Position numbers and translations under genes: made by a program
Source: Bugula neritina
Lineage: Eukaryota > Animalia > Bryozoa
Assembly (NCBI GenBank): GCA_964035545.1
Contig: OZ037768.1
Coordinates: 5,054,741 to 5,118,740 of the forward strand
DNA length: 64,000 nucleotides
Direction: 5' to 3'
Shown here: positions 45,601 through 60,075 of the stretch, piece after piece
How positions within the stretch are numbered: the stretch's first letter is position 1
Layout of the letters: each line of letters starts with the position of its first letter
Notes under the pieces: generated by a model
What the model saw: only the letters and a program-made list of their open reading frames with translations
The model's database searches: none
Told to the model about the DNA's origin: nothing

Positions 45601-48021
45601 TGGTTAGGCTTACCATCTTGGGGTCAATGGGCCACGTCTAAAAGCATACTGAGTTTGAAACATAACAGAACAAAATGGTTGAAATAGATTTAAATAAGAT
45701 TACCAGCTGCATCTCAGTCAATTTCAAAATACATTCAAATAAAAGACATATAATGAGATAAAATTTCAGTGAATTATTATAAATGCTACGAGTAAGTTAG
45801 CTCAACATACAAGCGTTCCCACACAGTATTCATATTGTAGAACAACTATTAATAGAAAGATTCCCAAAAAAAGATATTCTTACAGTTATGTCTCACCTCC
45901 ATTTACGGGCGTTTTATTTAGCTCTTGGTTCGCTTGAAGTTCATGTTCCATAAACTTCTCAGTTTTATTTCTTAAAGATAGCTGAAAAGAAAATAAAATT
46001 TAAAGCAAGAGCAAAACCAGCAGCTGGTTATGTCATTCAAAAATCTTGCTCCATGGTTACATTTCATACATATCCAACAAGAAATTCTCCCACACCAGCA
46101 ACACGTTAACAATGTGCTTTACTCACAAACCTCAATGAAAAACATTTCTAAAAAAATGTCGCCTGAATTTAGATTGCATGAAAAATGACCACAATTATTC
46201 GTGAAGATTATATCACCGATGAACTAGAATGCACATTTTGGTTTCTCATCAACAAAAACAACCAAGCAGCTCTAATGACAAACTCACAGACTTATATGCT
46301 GACTTCTGCTCTCTTGGTAGAATTGCAGATACAGGAGTTTTACTATCGCTGCCGTTTGTATCTGGTAGAGCAGATGACTCTACACTTCTGTTTGAGTCAG
46401 CAGTCCTTACATCTGAAGAGTTGCTTGGCAATGTTCTCTCTGTCACCCTGGGTTCCTGCTGCCGGACATCAGACTGGAGGTGAGTCGGTGCTGACTCATC
46501 CTTTTCTGCAGGACTGACAGCACGGTCCTGTTCTGAAGAAGTAGAAGACTCAACCAGATCTTTCCAACCTCGCGGTATAGTACGACGACAAGTTTTCTTT
46601 ACTCTAAACACAGCGAGTCCATTATTTGGTGCTGGGGTTGTATCTAGGTTGTCTGAGATATTATTCTTGACGATACTAGTTAAAGCAGTTTTGACTGGAA
46701 TGGCTGTACCCAGTGATTGTCGGTCAGCACAGTTGGTGAACTTCCTTGACAACTTCTCCGTCCAATTCTGAGCAGAAGTCTTGTTCAGTTCAGTTGGTTT
46801 GACCTTGACACTCCCATCCTCTAAGTACTCGAGCTGATTATTCTTCAAGGCTTTCCTAGGAAGAGACAGAATTACCCTGTACAGTCTACAAAGCTAAACT
46901 TCCTTCATGGCAAAAAGGCATCACTTCACATATAATGTCAAGCATATATTACACATATTCTGGGAAACGTTGTTGAAAGCATTTGAGACAAGTAAACAAA
47001 AAATAACTATTTTAACAGTTAGTCAATTACACATGAACAATAAACATGCTGAGAAGATAATAAGCATTAGTACTCTAACATAACAAATACATTACATGTC
47101 AAAAACATTCCATGTCCCCTCCAATGAAAGACTCTTTTGCCTGAGTATATAATCTACACAATGAAATATTGAGGTAAATGTATAACAAGATGAGTAAAGA
47201 CTTACTCTACGGAACTTACAACTACAGCTTAGATAGTTAATTGTATCTATCCTGTTGTAGCACTTGAGTCAATGCGACACACAAGGTGTGGAACTTCCTT
47301 TACAATCATTTATTATCAATCTCTAAAACGTCTATGGAAAGAAAATACGATATTAATAATCAGCCTGAACTTACACTGAGACCTGTTCACCCCACACATC
47401 ACTGACGTTTTCATTGTTTCCTTTTTCTTCTGCCTTTGACAAAGCTTCAAGTTTCAGTTTATTATACAATCTGTAGCTATCTGTAAGTTATGAAAATAGA
47501 AATAATATCGACTCTTTCTGGCTTCAAATTGAAGGAACTCTTGAAAACCTGCCACAGGGCTCACATAAATCATAATGTTCACCAATGAAATTAGAGGAAT
47601 CTATTATGCAGTAATAAACCTACTTAGAGTTGCACACTTTCTGAGAAATTGGGAGCAGATTATTCAAACTTTTTATGAGAAGCAAGATTTTACACAATTG
47701 AAGGCCTGTTGAACTTCAACGACAAAAAAGCTCAAAAACGAAAACTGAGTATTTAATAAATGTTAATGTAGTGCAGCTTATACATCCGACTTAAAACAAT
47801 CCTCAGGGATAATAGGGAACTTTACACACCTTTGATATCACTAGGAGCTGCATCAATGTCTTTCTAAAAAATTACAATAAATATACATTTATGTATATTC
47901 AATGTTGGGTGATAAAGAATTGGAGCAACAAAATTCCTGAACAAACCTTAGATGGTTTTCTTTGATGACACTTGGTAAAATAATATTCCCATACTTTTAG
48001 TTTCTTTTTTATTTCATCCAT
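36661..48021 (-). CDS. RECQL4: ATP-dependent DNA helicase Q4 (more than 20 exons)
   Basis: Sld2-like N-terminus (KLKVWEYYF...RKPSK|KDIDAAP); [12 protein letters not shown]; [14 protein letters not shown] knuckle; [15 protein letters not shown]; [18 protein letters not shown]; [11 protein letters not shown]; [12 protein letters not shown]; C-terminal GIASPNYP...W; in-frame ATGs up to 48042 could extend the start. Confidence 0.95.
37650..37900. repeat. 43-bp minisatellite, about 6 copies, in a RECQL4 intron
   Basis: Unit cccatattaggtaatgctaaatata(a/c)ctcaggctttagctatg. Confidence 0.92.
42686..42810 (-). mobile_element. tRNA-derived SINE fragment
   Basis: B-box GGTTCGATCC followed by gatgttaggaagagcattcag...ttgcttctgtg; homologous copy at 57718-57850. 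Confidence 0.6.
44082..44572. repeat. 43-bp minisatellite, about 11 copies, overlapping a RECQL4 splice acceptor
   Basis: Unit ttcttctatatagtacaat(a/g)cagagtatatatataaatatat(g/c). Confidence 0.93.
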
Positions 48022-48475
48022 CGCGACCATTACCATAGGCATATGGTATCCTAAATAAAAACCAGGTAGTACAACTACAAGATTTAGTACAAGTTTAACT
48101 GAGTATTAGTATTACTTATAGTTATAGTCATTATATTATTAAATTCCTAATCTTCTCCAACATCAATGAATATGATCAACATGAACAAGACACAAGTACA
48201 ATAAATATAATTATAAAATCATAATGATATCTTAAAGTTAATCTATATCCATAGGCATATTGATTATCATTACCATTATATTTATAATTAACCAGATATA
48301 ATTAATAAATTACGTTAATATTAATATTATGAGAATGATGCATTACTATTTACTGTTATAATTTAGCACAGCAGAACTTTACTAATTTTGGGCCATAACT
48401 GAAGCAAGCATCAGCATTATGATAATCATCATTATTATTATATCAACACCTCAAAATAAATTTGCATGCGACAAA

Positions 48476-48483
48476 TTTCCCGC
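48476..48483. promoter_or_regulatory. E2F consensus site in the RECQL4/HSBP1 divergent region
   Basis: TTTCCCGC in a small CpG-containing patch 5' of a replication gene. Confidence 0.4.
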
Positions 48484-49067
48484 AACAAATGTTGCTGCGA
48501 AATCTCTCTATAGAAGTCTTGTGTAAACAACTCCTACTAAACATAATATTCTACTATTTTAAAAATTCCACTGCAATAATACCTATTATAAAAATACACA
48601 ATGCAAATAAGGTAAGGCTTGGTGCAACTAAAACTTTGCAAGTATTTAGCTACAATACTTTGAAAACGTTAATATTTGAGAGCTCCTATACAAGTTAGGG
48701 CCTAATAAAAGTCAATACCAAAGTTTGAGTTATATTATTTCACTGGCGTCAACTATGTATTGAAAGTTTACCTTCAAGTAACGAGAGAGAAGACAACTAC
48801 GTGAAGACTTACTACGCGGAATCGACCCAGTTCTCTTGTTTATTAGTTTAAAAACACTCTTTCTTTGCTAGCAGTTGTTTCCTTTCTAATGTAGGTAAAA
48901 ATGTTTTAACCGTTATACTATAGTTGAATCAAAGTGCTGAGTATGTATATTTTTGCTATACAGTTCAGAGATTCTGAAAAAGCGCAGCTATCAACTTTCA
49001 ACTCGGATTTGATAGCTTTTAATTTCATTTTTAATTGCAGAGCATTGTTTCTGTTAAATTTGAAAAT

Positions 49068-50797
49068 ATGTCTGATATGGACGTTATGACTCCAGCAGAA
49101 GCGAATCCGCAAAATGTTCAAGATTTGACATTATTTGTAAGTAGACTACTTTATTCACCTTTACTAAACTTTTACTTTTAGCATCTCCATCACCAAGCCC
49201 AAGGGCAAGGGTAAGTGACCAACCCTAAGTCAAATCACTCAAAAGTCAAATTAAGTTAAAAAGTAACTGTAAGTGTAATGGCTAATGACTGATGAGTAAT
49301 GACCAATGAGTATGGTTGAAAGTCAAAGAATTGCTAGTACTAGTAGTATTAGTATTACTATTGCTATTACTATTAGTATTACTATTACTATTAGTATTAG
49401 TATTAGTGAACCATTAATTTTAAATTTCACTTCAACTTTTCTTTACTTTTACTTTTACTTTTAGTAATAGTATTAGTGGTCAGGGTCACGTTTAAATAAT
49501 AAATTGGATTTTAGATGTTTTTAAGGCTATAAAGTATCATAATCAGTAACAAATAATAATAATCATTAAGTTAACTTTAACTTTAACTCTTTAAGTGATC
49601 AGTCGATACTTGGAGTTGATAGAATTAGATGCAGCTATTTTATTAGGCTAATCATTAATTATAATGAGTTTAAATCGATTAGTAATTGTGATTATGAGAA
49701 AGTAAAAGTGATTATCATTATGATTGCCAAGCTGAGTTACTTGCTAGTTTTAGGTTTAATAAATTCAGCTGCGGCTCGGTATTTCAAGTATCTCACCACT
49801 GTCTTGCTGTGCGATGCCAATCAAACATTTAAGTTTATCCTTGGACGACACCATATTAAATGATATTGATATTTGGCTTTGCGCTTAAAAATAGATACCA
49901 GGATTCAGAAAAAAACAGTGATTCAGCAATTATGTATTCAATGTGACTTGAGCCCAGCTCTGGGTATTAGAAGAAATCACTGTTGAAATTAAAACAACTA
50001 ATTTTGACTAATCAAATTGACAGTGACGCAGAAGTTATTTGACACTGTGGTTTATTAAGTAAACAACAGCTTTTTGGCTATTGCTATTGCTGTTATCATT
50101 CCAGTAAAAACATTTCTACGCTTGTTTTATGCTGCCTTTATAATTTGAATATTTATACGCATATTAATATTTATTTGTTTTAGTAGTATATTATCATGAT
50201 TGGTAGAAGAAAAAATAGCAGCTTGGTTCTTAGAAATTAAATGAATTTTTGTGAATTATAGAAGTGAAAATATCTATTTAAAAGAAATTCTGCTGTCAAA
50301 GTGCATCATACTTGGAAATTTTGTTCCTTATCATATAGTTTTTTTGAAAATTTTGTAGCTGGTGCTTATTTCATTATTTTGTTTCTCCTCAAACCATCAG
50401 CCATTACACTCTCTTATTTTCATGTTTAGGTCCAGACGATACTTCAACAAATGCAAGATAAGTTCAAGACCATGTCTGATCAGATTATCACAAGACATAT
50501 CCTTTTCAAACTTGAAATATATTTATTTTGTGTTCTTACATTGAAGAAGGGAAAATGCTCAGCTAGCAGTCATGTAGAAATGTAATGTATCTGCTTGAGT
50601 TGATTGTGGGTAGTTTTCTTGTTGTTGCTTACTAACATACTGAGATCTTGATTACATAGCTATGTATATATGGCAAGGAATGTGTGATGTTATTTCCTTG
50701 ACTGAAATGTGAACTGGATGATATGGGTACAAGAATTGATGATCTGGAAAAGAATATCGCAGACCTCATGACTCAGGCTGGAGTTGATGACAAGTAG
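49068..50797 (+). CDS. HSBP1: Heat shock factor-binding protein 1. Exons 49068-49136, 50430-50496, 50715-50797
   Basis: [10 protein letters not shown]|[22 protein letters not shown]|[24 protein letters not shown]. Confidence 0.95.
50497..50714 (+). other. U12-type (minor spliceosome) AT-AC intron
   Basis: 5' ATATCCTTT; branch site TTCCTTGAC (50694-50702); AC terminus; removal restores the HSBP1 frame exactly. Confidence 0.92.
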
Positions 50798-51381
50798 ATG
50801 CTTCAAGCTGTCGGTTTACCAAATACACTTGTATCTGTATTGTTTGTATTTCCAGTTGTTAGATGTTATGTGTTTAGTCTTTTTCAACAACTGAATATTT
50901 TTTCTATTTGTGTGCACACAATCTACTATCTCTAGTTTTTTATATAATGTATTATGTTATTGATATAATATTAATATGATTGCATTATTAGAATTGATAA
51001 TTTAATGAAACTTTTTCTTTGCAAGTAACAAATACTTTATATCTTTCATATAGTATTTTATTTTATATTTATAGTCACTGCTACGCTGTACAAAATTCAA
51101 AATATAATGTACAAGTTTACACATTAGAATGCTATAGCCTTTATAAATTGTGTGTGTACGTGTGTATAACTTATTTATATAATATATATCTATAAAACTA
51201 GAATATCCTTTATTGCTGAATGCACTATACAGCTATTATAATTGTAGTTTCTGAAATTAGAGAGTAAAAGGGAAGTTTTGAATGTTGATAACTCAAAATA
51301 AAGAATAAGTATAAAACAATAATGGTATACTCTGAGGGAGGTTTAGCTCCTTGACCAGTCTGTACTTTTTCATTCAAGTCT

Positions 51382-54300
51382 TTATAGTACAACACTTGCA
51401 GTCATCTGTCTTTGCATAGCTTCCAACATTGCTTGCATTTTCTTAATCTTGAAAATAATAAAGTATTAGTTTGAGTCAAATAGGTATGCAATCAATGCAA
51501 CAACTTAATGACATGTCATTCATCACTCATTTTACTTGCCGACTTCAGGCACCTATAATATTTAATCTGTTAGCTATAAATGCCACCAAGTATTGCCTAG
51601 TAATAAAGTTATTTAAAATCATACAATTGAAGCAGAAATAATTACGATTCACTGCTAACATAGTGTAATCGTAAATAGCACAGCAAACTATTACGCCCAA
51701 GCTTTAATATTCGGAGTTATTACCTCTTCATCTTTTTCGTTGAGGAGTTGTTCTACATTAGATTCTTTGCCAAGTTGTGGTTTCTCTATGGAATTGTTGT
51801 TATTAGCAGTCTGAATACATTGAGCTCTGTAGTTTTCATAGTGATACTCTTCAGTAACATCTTTTAGATCTTGCAAGTGTGTCCTGTGTAAATAAAAACA
51901 TTACAATATAACAGCATGAATTATAATAAACATTATATAAAAGTAATTGTTACTATAACTACATATGTATTCAGTGTATTGTGTAATATATAATAAGCAT
52001 AATAAAACTATATCCATATAGTTATTATACATGTTATAACATAATATCAACATACAATATTTATCATCTTTAGTTTAAAGGGGGAAAGTGCTGTCCTAAA
52101 TAAAAGTAGTAGATTAAACTACACAAACAGCTGCCTTATTGTCATCACCACTAATCTGGCTGTCAAAACATAGCAGAAGAGAAACACAGTGTGATGACGA
52201 CTTAATAGTAGTAACGTGAAACTCTCTAATTGAATTAGAGTACTGTATGCATTCCCATATAAGTCTGGAAAACTTACCCTATCAGCATTCTTTTCAGCTT
52301 TGAAAAATCAGAATGTTTTTCATTTTCAACTAAAACATGAAAAAAAGAATACATTACTAAAATAATGTAAAAGCACACAAAATTCTATAAAGTACACACA
52401 GCAATTAATTGCATTATAACTATACGCTAACAAAGGGTGTGGCAAAGTATGACATTATTTCTAACTAATAGATTAGTTGCTCCTATGATTAACTATAAGA
52501 AAACATTTCCTACTATGCATTGCATAAAGTAACGAAAATTAGCTAATGTCCTTTCTTCATAAGATTTGGTTTGTTACTAAACATGCATGTGTTGGAAGAA
52601 ACATTTCAATTAACAAGCTAATCTCTTTCATGCATGGCAAACTTTGCTTAGCATAGCAATTGATCAATTGCATTATTTACTCTATATCACAGTATATACC
52701 TTCAATGACTCCCCACGGATATACTCTAGCTCTAATTCTCTTTCCACCAATTTCAGTTACAGCGTTGCTGCCAATAACAGCGAAAGGAATGGCAGCCTAC
52801 AAGAATAGCAATTTTTTTACTATATATGAAAATTGATGAGCATTGACTCAGGTTTTAAAATTTATTTTGTCTAGCTCTGGTATCTAGTTATTGTTTTGGA
52901 TGTTGGGTCAAGAAAGCAATTGCTCTTAAGTCAGAGGGCAGACAACTTTTTAGCTGATATTTTGAGGGAAAACCGATTGTCTCACCTCTAACCCAACATA
53001 AATTATAAGTACTTCTGCAATTTCAAATAGCTCGTCTGATATCTCACTGTCATCTATCAACGTAAAATCCTTAGCATAAATTTCTCATTAGTGAACTCTT
53101 TTTAAAGTATGCTATATATTTTTATTTACTTCAATTTTATAAGGTATCTCCTAAAACGTTTCTGAATACTAGTAGTAAACCAGAGAGTAAACAACCTGTT
53201 ACATAACACTGCCTGTGTGGCTAGAAACATACTTTAAGCTCAGCATCTTGTCTTTTGAAGTCAGCGCTTTCATCTGGATCACACTCTGGGAAATCATATG
53301 CTTTAATACCATGATCTTCAATATCTTGTAGCACCTTCAACACATGTCAACAGACACTTTATACAGTTGGTGAGGTGAGTTTGTGTAATTGACACGTAAT
53401 GGTAGACAGCACTGTACGAGGTGACACTTCTTAAACAAAAGATCCGGCTTTAGCTCCATAATCTGCGACCAATAAACACAGCCCACACAGTGATTACTTA
53501 TATTTATGTAATAAATAACCACATTTTTTGAAAGTGCTCTACAAATTAATAGTAAGATCAGCAGGATGAGTGCTAGAGTACTTGCACAGCCCACACTTGC
53601 AGTGCTCAAAGTTGGAGCTTAAAGAGATTATAGGTCATTATTTCAATGATTGCTCTGAATAACGAAGGATTTATTATTTTCTGCAAGAAAACTATTCAGG
53701 TACAAATGCACTGCAATCAAATAATTTTTTTTACAAATTTATAAAACTCTTTCAAATGTCCATTATTTGCACTTAATTCTGATGCAACCCACATTAACTT
53801 TATTACAATACTTATCTGAATAATATTGGCAGTGAATTAGTTGAGCAATGGTTGTTTTGATTGCTAATACAACAAACTAAAGCAGGTAAATGCAGTGAAA
53901 GACTGTAATACTCTATGCCAACTAGTGGTGTATGGTGGTGACTATACCAAACTGACGTTGGGTAAACATCTGGTCAACACTAAGTACTGTAATTATTGCT
54001 GAAAACTAAAATAATGGCAATGAATCAATATACAAAGCATCATTCTTAATTATATTTAGAAATATCAAAATATAACAACTAATATAAAAATTCAACTGAG
54101 CAAGAAAATTTTGCTATTACCTTTGCTTTATGCCTGATAATCTCTGACTTTGTGAGTGTATCAGACTTGGCAATGAGGGGAATAACGTTCACTTTGTTGT
54201 GTAGCCGCTTCAGGCATTCTACATCCAAAGGCTTCAACCTGTGATATATTATCATTAACATAGCTTTACAACAGTACAGTTGTTGCTAGGTTTCTATTAA

Positions 54301-57300
54301 CTACACCTCTAGTACCGTCCGGCATGAAACTAAGTTTAAAAGTTTGAACTACATGTTATATTATAAAAAAGGCATATTTTGGTGATGGGGTTTGATCATT
54401 TACAGTGTACAGTATCAATACATTTAATAGTGTGGAGAGAATCATTATCCCCTATCCTGCCGCACCCACTCAAAAAGTGAGAGTAAATAGTGAAATTATT
54501 AAGAGTTTGTTATACACACTATACTAAGGACTTCTTGGTATTTTACTATCACATGGACACTTTAGCTATGCTTGCATTCTACAAGCTACTCCACCTATGA
54601 TCTATTGTAGCAAGGCATGTTGTGCTCATAATTTTAGAATTAAAAGGTATATATATAATTAAGAGTAATAAATGCATTTTTCAATCACATATAACTTTTA
54701 GTTTAAGTTCTACCAATTATGTGGTACTGTAAATGTTCAATCTCATTAGCATCTGCTTATTTTCTTCCTCTTAAATTGACATTGATGCATGCTACATAAT
54801 GTTTAATGTTTAGATGCTTTACTTTAGTGGCCTGTCAAATAGTCAACGTTAATTGAATAGCAAAACTACAACTTAACTGGCAAAAATAATTAATATTCAA
54901 GAAACACGTGTTTATGCTACACAGTTTAAACAAATATGTTAATTTGTAGTCAACACCAGTAGCCATAGACAAATGTCTCTTTTTGTATTGCATAGTTTTT
55001 GCTTTTTTTCTGCAAAAATTAGAAATGCTCGGCTTAGAGGAAATGAATAAATTATTGCTGACATATACACAATACCTGCAGGTAAATTACCATAGACGGA
55101 TTCTATATATAACTAACTCACCCGTGGCCATAAGGTGAGACAAAGTACAGGAGACAGTGCACTCTGCTGTCTTGAATATTTTTTCTGTTCAGTCCGCTTT
55201 CTGCCTGAAAGTACTGGTGAAACTGCTGATCTATGTACTCCTCTATCGGGTCAATGCTGCAATTGTTTGAAAATATAGTAAGAGTTCATAAGCAAATGCT
55301 ACACGTATGTTTTCTAAAAAGATGCTCACCCAGCAGTCAAGTGGCATCAGCAGTTGTAGCAGCAGCAGTGTAGATATAACAATGTAGGTATAATAGTGTA
55401 GGTATATTAATGTAAGTATAGCTGTGTGAATATAACAGTTTAGGTATATTAGTGTAGGTATATTAATGTAAGTATAGTAGTATATATGCAGCAATATAAA
55501 TATTGTATTACAGTAGGTTCAGTCACAATCTAAATGTTCAATGCACTAATACTAAAGGTTTAGCAAGTACCATGATGTAAATCAGTAACAGTTCATTGCT
55601 AATGCTGCTGCACTTGCACAGGTGAGTACCTGCAGCTGGGTGTCACTATGACACTTGTGATAACAGCACCAGGTTGAAGGCGCATTGGTGTACTGAAGGT
55701 ATATACACATTTTGAAATTCCACCACAAGCTCGAAGTATTAACAAGTAGATGAGTGGTGAAAATAATTTGTATGCCATTAAATATACTATTATAGATATA
55801 AAAAAAATTTATTTTTTTAGTTTCAAAACATCTTTATGCTCCATTTTCAATCCAATAGCTTGTTTAGCATAAATTATAATCAATATCCTTCTCATTTAAA
55901 CATATGATAAGGCGTTACCAAATGTTTAGCAAGCTTTTTAAAAAGTAGAAATGCCTCTTGTTTGATTTAGATTAATCCCATTCATACATCACATTCAGTA
56001 TATGCAGTGCTATGAAATTAACAGCATTTATGGCATTTTACTATATTTTTATTTATTTTATATAAGGAGACCAGGCATATAGTACAAATTACAATTATTA
56101 TTATAAGGTCATAGGTTAAAACTATTGTAGCTGATTTTCAAATATTTATTGCAGTACCAACTGTCTCACAACTTTCCATTCTTGTAGTACAGGAACCTTT
56201 GGGTACAAGACTCCTTGCTGGTACTTGATATACTCAGTTGTGTCAAGTTTATTATTTACCAGTTCAGTTTTCAATGTTTAGTTTCTCTGTACACTACATT
56301 TAAAAGTGCTTCTACACCATTTGTAAATCTCCTATAAGATTGAAGAACTGAAGCTTGTGAGAAAAACCTCATGCTTCACTAATATGTCAGTCACTAGTAT
56401 GCCAGTCACTAATATGTCAGTCACTAATATGTCAGTCACTAATATGTCAGTCACTAATATGTCAGTCACTAGTATGTCAGTCACTAATATTTCAGTCACT
56501 AAGATGTCAGTCACCATTATGTCAGTTTCTGAAGGAATTTGTCTAATGTTATTTAGCAAGAACTTTAGAAGGAAGCCTCTGGGGAGAAAAAACTAAACAC
56601 CCATATACAGTTCATTAAACTACAATTCAAGTTTAGCAAAATTAATATAGCATTGAATTAATCAGATAAGTGTGTGTAATGAGCATGTAAAACTAAAAGA
56701 CAAGTGATTTGTATTATAACTGCTCAGCCCATCTGTTTATATAGCAACAGTTTTCAGGTCATTACTCTCATTGAAATTATTTCTCATGAAATCGTAAGCT
56801 AATTATTACAATCACTGAAATATGTGGCACTTTATATTAAAACTATTATAGTTCTATCAAAACTAATCAGGCAGAAACTATATAATATTTCAAGGATATG
56901 TTACAACCGCAAATAATTTAACTTTACACAGCTTTTGTCTGCTTATAGCTTTCAAATAAACTTTAACGCAACCTGCTCACTGTACACATGTACAAACGTA
57001 AAAGCAATCTAAGATAGTATTATATTGAAAGCTAAACTCTTATAGTTTGCTTGCATATTGTTTTCAACGCTTCAGCATGATTAACTTCTTCAAAATGTAT
57101 TTAATGCGTCATTTTGAATGTTATTACCGTTATATTGGCCCAGTACCATTTTATTGGCCCAGTACCATTTTATTGGGCCAGTACCATTATATTGGCCCAG
57201 TATTATTACTATAGTATAATTATATAACATTTATGTTCTTAGTTATATTGTAATTTAAACCTCAATCAAGGCGAAGTCTTTTGTAAACAAATTTAGTGCA

Positions 57301-59724
57301 GGTTTTTTGCCAACATTCTTAGTTGCAGTTGCATCTATATAAAATGCTAAAACATCAGTGGAAGATGAAGTGTTTTTTATTTCCCTAATTCAACCCGTAA
57401 GTTACAACACCCTGGGCATGCAACCATTATAGTAAATTGTTATGTAGAGAAAGACAAACTCATAGTCTGGTGTTATATAAGATAAAGAACAGTTTAATAT
57501 CAGGCAGAGCTGACTGCTTACTAACCTGTCTTTACCATGCAAACTGTCAGAAAATCCTGGAGTGTCTATTATGGTTAGTCTCAATTTTACACCAGATTCT
57601 TCTATGTCTAGATTCTGTGCATGTATCGAAACTGTTGAATCTAGCCGATCTATAAATAGTAAAGGACAGCACGTATTATAAAAATAGTAGAAAGTATATA
57701 CTATGTAAAGGGAGCAGCAGCAGTATGGACTGCAGCGGTTAAAGTGCTGGCCTAGTAAAACTCGAGCTCAGTGGATTAAGTCTGAACACCAGCAGTGATG
57801 TTAAGAAGAGCATCCAGTAATAATTGCTCCTGTGTCATATAAGTCTTAGCCTGATTTAAAAAACTTTTTCACAGGTTTCTCACAGGGATGGTGACTATAA
57901 ACTTTTATGAGTATATACTATGCAATGAATATTGTGTTGATTGTTGGCTGCATATGGATTATTATAATTAGACTGAAATAATTGAAATCAAATGTTGACC
58001 TTATTCCAGAACACATGAATGAGAACCGGCTTTTGTTTTACCTAACCTTTAAGATTTCTGACAGCTGCCATCAAACTCTCATTCATTGCCAAACTAAACC
58101 TAATTTTAAGGGAGGAACAGAATTGCAGTTTTTTTTCTAAAGAGTTATATAGAACCTTTCCACATCCAAACACAAAAATGATAAACTCAAGCTAAGAAAA
58201 ATCCACATAATTATGTGGATATAAAAGCTAATTTCATTCGTTCTTGTGGTCAAATTCGTCTCATAATAAAGTTGTATCATTTCCTTAGTGTTACAGCACT
58301 TTATTTAAAATGTGTGAAATACTAAAGATGAGGACTAGTCAATTACTCATAGCAACTACTACTTGGGGAAGGTGCAGATTAGAAATGTAGCAAAAGAAAT
58401 TATGTTCTTGCAAGAATGTCAACCCGTGACCCAAACCAGAATTTAATAAAAATAACTTGGGCTATCTCAATTTCTCCGATACTGCCCCTAAATGGTTGAG
58501 TCAGGAGTTATAGCAACTAGTACTTGTCGTCACTGTGAGTCAGCTGATTACTGAAGGTTATGAATGTCACTCAGTTGAAACATACCAGATAATAATACTG
58601 TTTGATGACTCAGTTGAATGGCTATTGACAGAGAAGACAGTCAAGGGATAAAATTACAATAATAGCACGTAGTAAAGTAATACAGTGCATCTCACGCCCT
58701 TCTAGATGACTTGATAGGATCTAAGATTGTATAGCACTGTTGAAAGAGCCCACTATATTCGATCATTAAACTGGGCAGCAAGAACATCAGGTTCTTGGCA
58801 GAATATTTATTGGGTGCACAAATGAAAAAAAACTGAGCTAATCAAAGCAAGAAAATACTATGCCGCAGCGGTTTTCTTACCCTCTACTCCAACTATCTTT
58901 CTATCTTGATATAAATCTGTCATAAACAGGCTGTTTATCAGGGTTGATTTTCCGAGGCCAGATTCACCTGTAAAGTTCCAAACATTATTGCAACATGTAA
59001 TCCAGATTAATAAGTCAAAAACCTACAAAGCCGAGGGAGGGGAGAGCATGTGATATACAGTATTTAGCAATTTGTTTCTGAGTAAAAAAGCTTACAAGGA
59101 GATTAATGAATTAAGCTCATGTAAACAAATCCCCGAATACACACAAACAGTGACTTGCAATGCAATCTAAACGAGATAGTGATTGCTACTCGAATTGTCA
59201 ATGTGTAATGTAAGAGTGAGCTACTCTTAGTTACAATGCTCTATATATTTCTAACAATAGATTATACAAGCATGAAGTAATACTGCGATATGTACTACAT
59301 TGCTAGTATATAGTTAGCTCATGCTATATCATAGAGGCTTCAAGTGAATATACATGACTTATAGAAGTTGCAGCAAATAATTGATTTAACTTACTTATAT
59401 CTCATCACCTATGATTATGTGAATATTAGAACAGCTCAGTAATATTCAACAACCAAAGGCAGGTAAACTGTGTAATGCATGCAGTAATTTTACGGTGACT
59501 ATTCCCAGTGTGTAGCATTACTATAACATACTAAGTTACCTCTATTTCTAGAGGTAACTAGGTGCATATTTCACTGTACTAGTACAATCTATTATTGGTT
59601 GCAGTAATATGCTACAGCAACTGACAGTATCACTGTGTGCCAAAATGTATACATTTCTGAAATTCTGTGGTTACTTTCTCAGACTATGAAAGCCAATGAT
59701 AACATTCCATGAACTGCTTTGCCT

Positions 59725-59823
<99 letters not shown>

Positions 59824-60075
59824 AACACGCCTGCGCACACTTACATATAGTACAAGAGAACATAAGGCTAGACAAACTACTGTAGTTGATGAGCTGCAGT
59901 CAGGGTTAGATAGTTATTCTTTTTTTGCGAAAAGCTTTTAAATTTCTTTAATAATTTTGTACAGCAGGCTTGCACATGACATACCTACAACCATGATGGT
60001 AAAATGAAACCCCTTTTTGATGACTTTTCTGTGTATTTGATCTGGCAAAGTTGCAAACCCAATGCATTCTTCTTT
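51382..60075 (-). CDS. Septin, SEPT2 group (Sep4/SEPT5-like); first coding exon uncertain (candidate ends at 61306)
   Basis: [26 protein letters not shown]|[15 protein letters not shown]; LTIIDTPGF; [13 protein letters not shown]; PLIAKSD; RARVYPWG; [12 protein letters not shown]; C-terminal coiled coil. Confidence 0.93.
56376..56527. repeat. 15-bp minisatellite, about 10 copies, in a septin intron
   Basis: Unit tcactaatatgtcag. Confidence 0.92.
57133..57204. repeat. 19-bp tandem repeat, about 4 copies
   Basis: Unit tattggcccagtaccattt. Confidence 0.85.
57718..57850 (+). mobile_element. tRNA-derived SINE fragment (second copy)
   Basis: Aligns by eye to the reverse complement of 42686-42810 (gcctagt.aa, gatgtta.gaagagcat.cagt.ata.ttgct.ctgtg). 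Confidence 0.55.
59727..59823. repeat. (TA)n microsatellite
   Basis: Near-perfect TA run; a shorter run lies at about 1790-1818. Confidence 0.95.

Noticed and set aside
56332-56596. TDILV / VTNMS repeat ORFs
   Set aside because: Products of a stop-free 15-bp intronic minisatellite
59684-59875. YIYIYI ORF
   Set aside because: Translation of the (TA)n microsatellite
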